A stretch of 64,000 bases of DNA from Blasia pusilla (taxonomy: Eukaryota): the NCBI GenBank assembly GCA_050084515.1, contig CM114271.1, positions 15,562,001 to 15,626,000 on the forward strand. The letters are read 5' to 3'. The notes under the pieces were generated by a model. That model was given only the letters and a program-made list of their open reading frames with translations. It was not told where the DNA came from and ran no database searches. Below, in pieces: positions 62,010 to 64,000 of the stretch (positions within the stretch are counted from its first letter, which is position 1; every line of letters begins with the position of its first letter). The position numbers were made by a program, and so were the translations under genes.

Positions 62010-64000
62010 CAAAGAGAGAATTAGTGCGTGAGAGAGCTTCATGGGGGACCTCGCACGTCACTCGCTGGTTTTGCAGGTTGGGGATTGTATCCTCTGTTCA
62101 GCGGTTCATGGGAGTGCTCACTGGAGCAAGAGCCGCTTACTTATGATGTTTCCTTTGCCAATTTTTCGTGTGAAAGAGTGGCGCGCGGAAGCGCTGCACA
62201 ATTTTTGATAGGGATTGAGTATGGGGGCGAGTTGCCCCATGCCGATGCTCTCCGAAGCACCATGTAGCTTGCTTATTTGTATTTTCACAGGTTTTACATT
62301 TTTGTTGGAAGATATCAGCGCCGAAGCGGTGTCAAATTTTTTGTAGGAGAAAGAGACATTCGGCTTTATGAGAGTCCCTGTCAATTTTTACTGGAATGTC
62401 TGATTCAAAATATTTTTTAACGCTGTCGTGAAGCTGTGCACATTGTGCAATTTGAAGTTGCGAGCAAAAATTTATGGTCAATCTTGCAAAACTGCCATTG
62501 CTAGGAAAATTTTAGGGTTAAATTGTTGAAACCCTAAACCAGCCGCCACGACGGCGGCGGCCGTCACCGTCAATGGTCCGCCATCGATGGTCAACCATCA
62601 CCATTTATGGTTAATCGGCACCATCAACGGTCAACCGTCCACCGTCCACCGTCCATTGTGTGCCGCCGCCACCGCCTAGCGCTGCTTAGAGCCGCGTTCG
62701 TCCGTTGTCCACCCTTTGGTTGCCATTGCCGCCATTACGGAGTGGAGGATCTTCCACAATGACCGTTGATTCTCTGATTGTGTCGCCACCACATACTTTT
62801 TTTTGGCCGCCACCGTCATTGTAGTTTCGTCATCAACCAGTGATGGCACATGACCTCAGGTTATGGTGTTTGAGTTTTCATTTCATGCTACCATGTTGTG
62901 ATTGGTATCCGCTTGACGATGATCGAGTATCGTGTCGTGACGCCCGTAGCCGCAACGCGCCGCCGATTGCCGCGCCATGCCGCTCATGCCGCACTGCACC
63001 ATCTCGATTGCGGAACTGCTCCTTGACTAAGGAACATAGCGTGTGAATTTTTGATTGAGGAGGGTATGCCGCCGAGTGCCACATCCCATTCCCGAGTGTC
63101 GTGCCATTTGTAGCTGTTCCGTGCCGCTAGTGCCATACCGGACGGCTAGACCTGCACCGCACATCGAGGAGGTTTGAGCATCGTCGGTACGAGAGGAGTA
63201 CGACTTGCTGATTGGAGGAGTTTTCTTCACGAACGGGTTGGGGTCGAGATTTGCAGTTTCTGAGGAGCGACATCGACATTATTGTCAAGTTACCCATTTA
63301 GATTTCTTACCCTTCACATGTGAGGGATTTCTGGATATTTGGTTTCATGTTGATGCTCGGAGCATCGATGATGTATGTAGGGGACATAGACCTGTGTGGG
63401 ATGTCCAGAGTTGAGGATGGTTTGTCGATGGGATGATGTTGATTTGCCGCACCACGCTGGTTGTTGCGGCATAGGACACGTCTCAGTGAGAGAGTGTAGA
63501 TTGAGTGCCGCCTGTTTAGTTTAAGTGATTGAGGGATTACTCGCGAGATTGAGTGATTATGTGAGAGGGACACGAGGGCCATCACGGCGTCCTTTCAAGA
63601 TTTTGAGAGGCAAGGTAGTGGATCTGAGAATAGCTCTGGAGGGTTACCCGGAGTGGTGCGAGGTCTCGAGGATCTCCACGTGAGAGACCACCTCGATCTC
63701 CTTCTATGTCGTCTTCAAACGAGGGGGAGCATATAGAGGAGTGTGTTATTGATCCACCGTATACATTGAGTGGTCCTACCAGTAGGGCATACGAGATGGA
63801 CGACCGGGGTAGAGGACCGCATAGGTTTTCGGGTGTTGTATGCACTATAGAGCTACACGACTTCATTGCGGAGTTTAGGAGTTGGTGTGACTCACAACGA
63901 GCTAGGAACTCAAGAGAGTTCAACTCGTTCACAGCATGGAACGGTATGTTCCAGCATTTAGAGGGGGCGCCCATGGAAGATTACCATGAGTTCTCCCACA
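61492..64000 (+). mobile_element. DNMT-Gypsy family, copy 3 (5' end; runs off the window within gag)
   Basis: Starts TGTCAC; about 62567-64000 is colinear with 6057-7470 of copy 1. Confidence 0.92.

Noticed and set aside
1-64000. CRISPR arrays, rRNA or tRNA genes, prokaryotic operons
   Set aside because: None seen; the tandem repeats lack unique spacers and the context is eukaryotic.

Overview
Repeat-rich eukaryotic DNA from a land plant (bryophyte-like; inferred, not proven). There is one clear host gene, a two-exon GPI-anchored COBRA-like (COBL7-type) gene on the minus strand at 23279-25848. The main finding is three copies (6057-15244 +, 33176-39938 -, 61492-end +) of a Ty3/Gypsy-type retrotransposon. 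Its decayed polyprotein reads Gag(2 Zn-knuckles) - protease - C5 cytosine DNA methyltransferase (DNMT3-like motifs) - RT - RNase H - DDE integrase - PHD finger. Its ends are split direct repeats (A1...B1-A2-B2) with a 4-bp TSD rather than a normal LTR pair. A second, unrelated methyltransferase remnant (ParB-like N-terminus plus a beta-class N6A/N4C amino-MTase, 41717-43680) lies convergent with a Sola-like transposase remnant. Also present: a complete PIF/Harbinger element with TIRs and TAA TSD, a hAT-type MITE family with 8-bp TSDs, a Copia remnant hosting two nested insertions, Helitron-like elements, a LINE endonuclease remnant, a solo-LTR-like element and degenerate tandem repeats. All TE coding regions carry stops or frameshifts. 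Domain calls come from manual motif reading; no database search was run.
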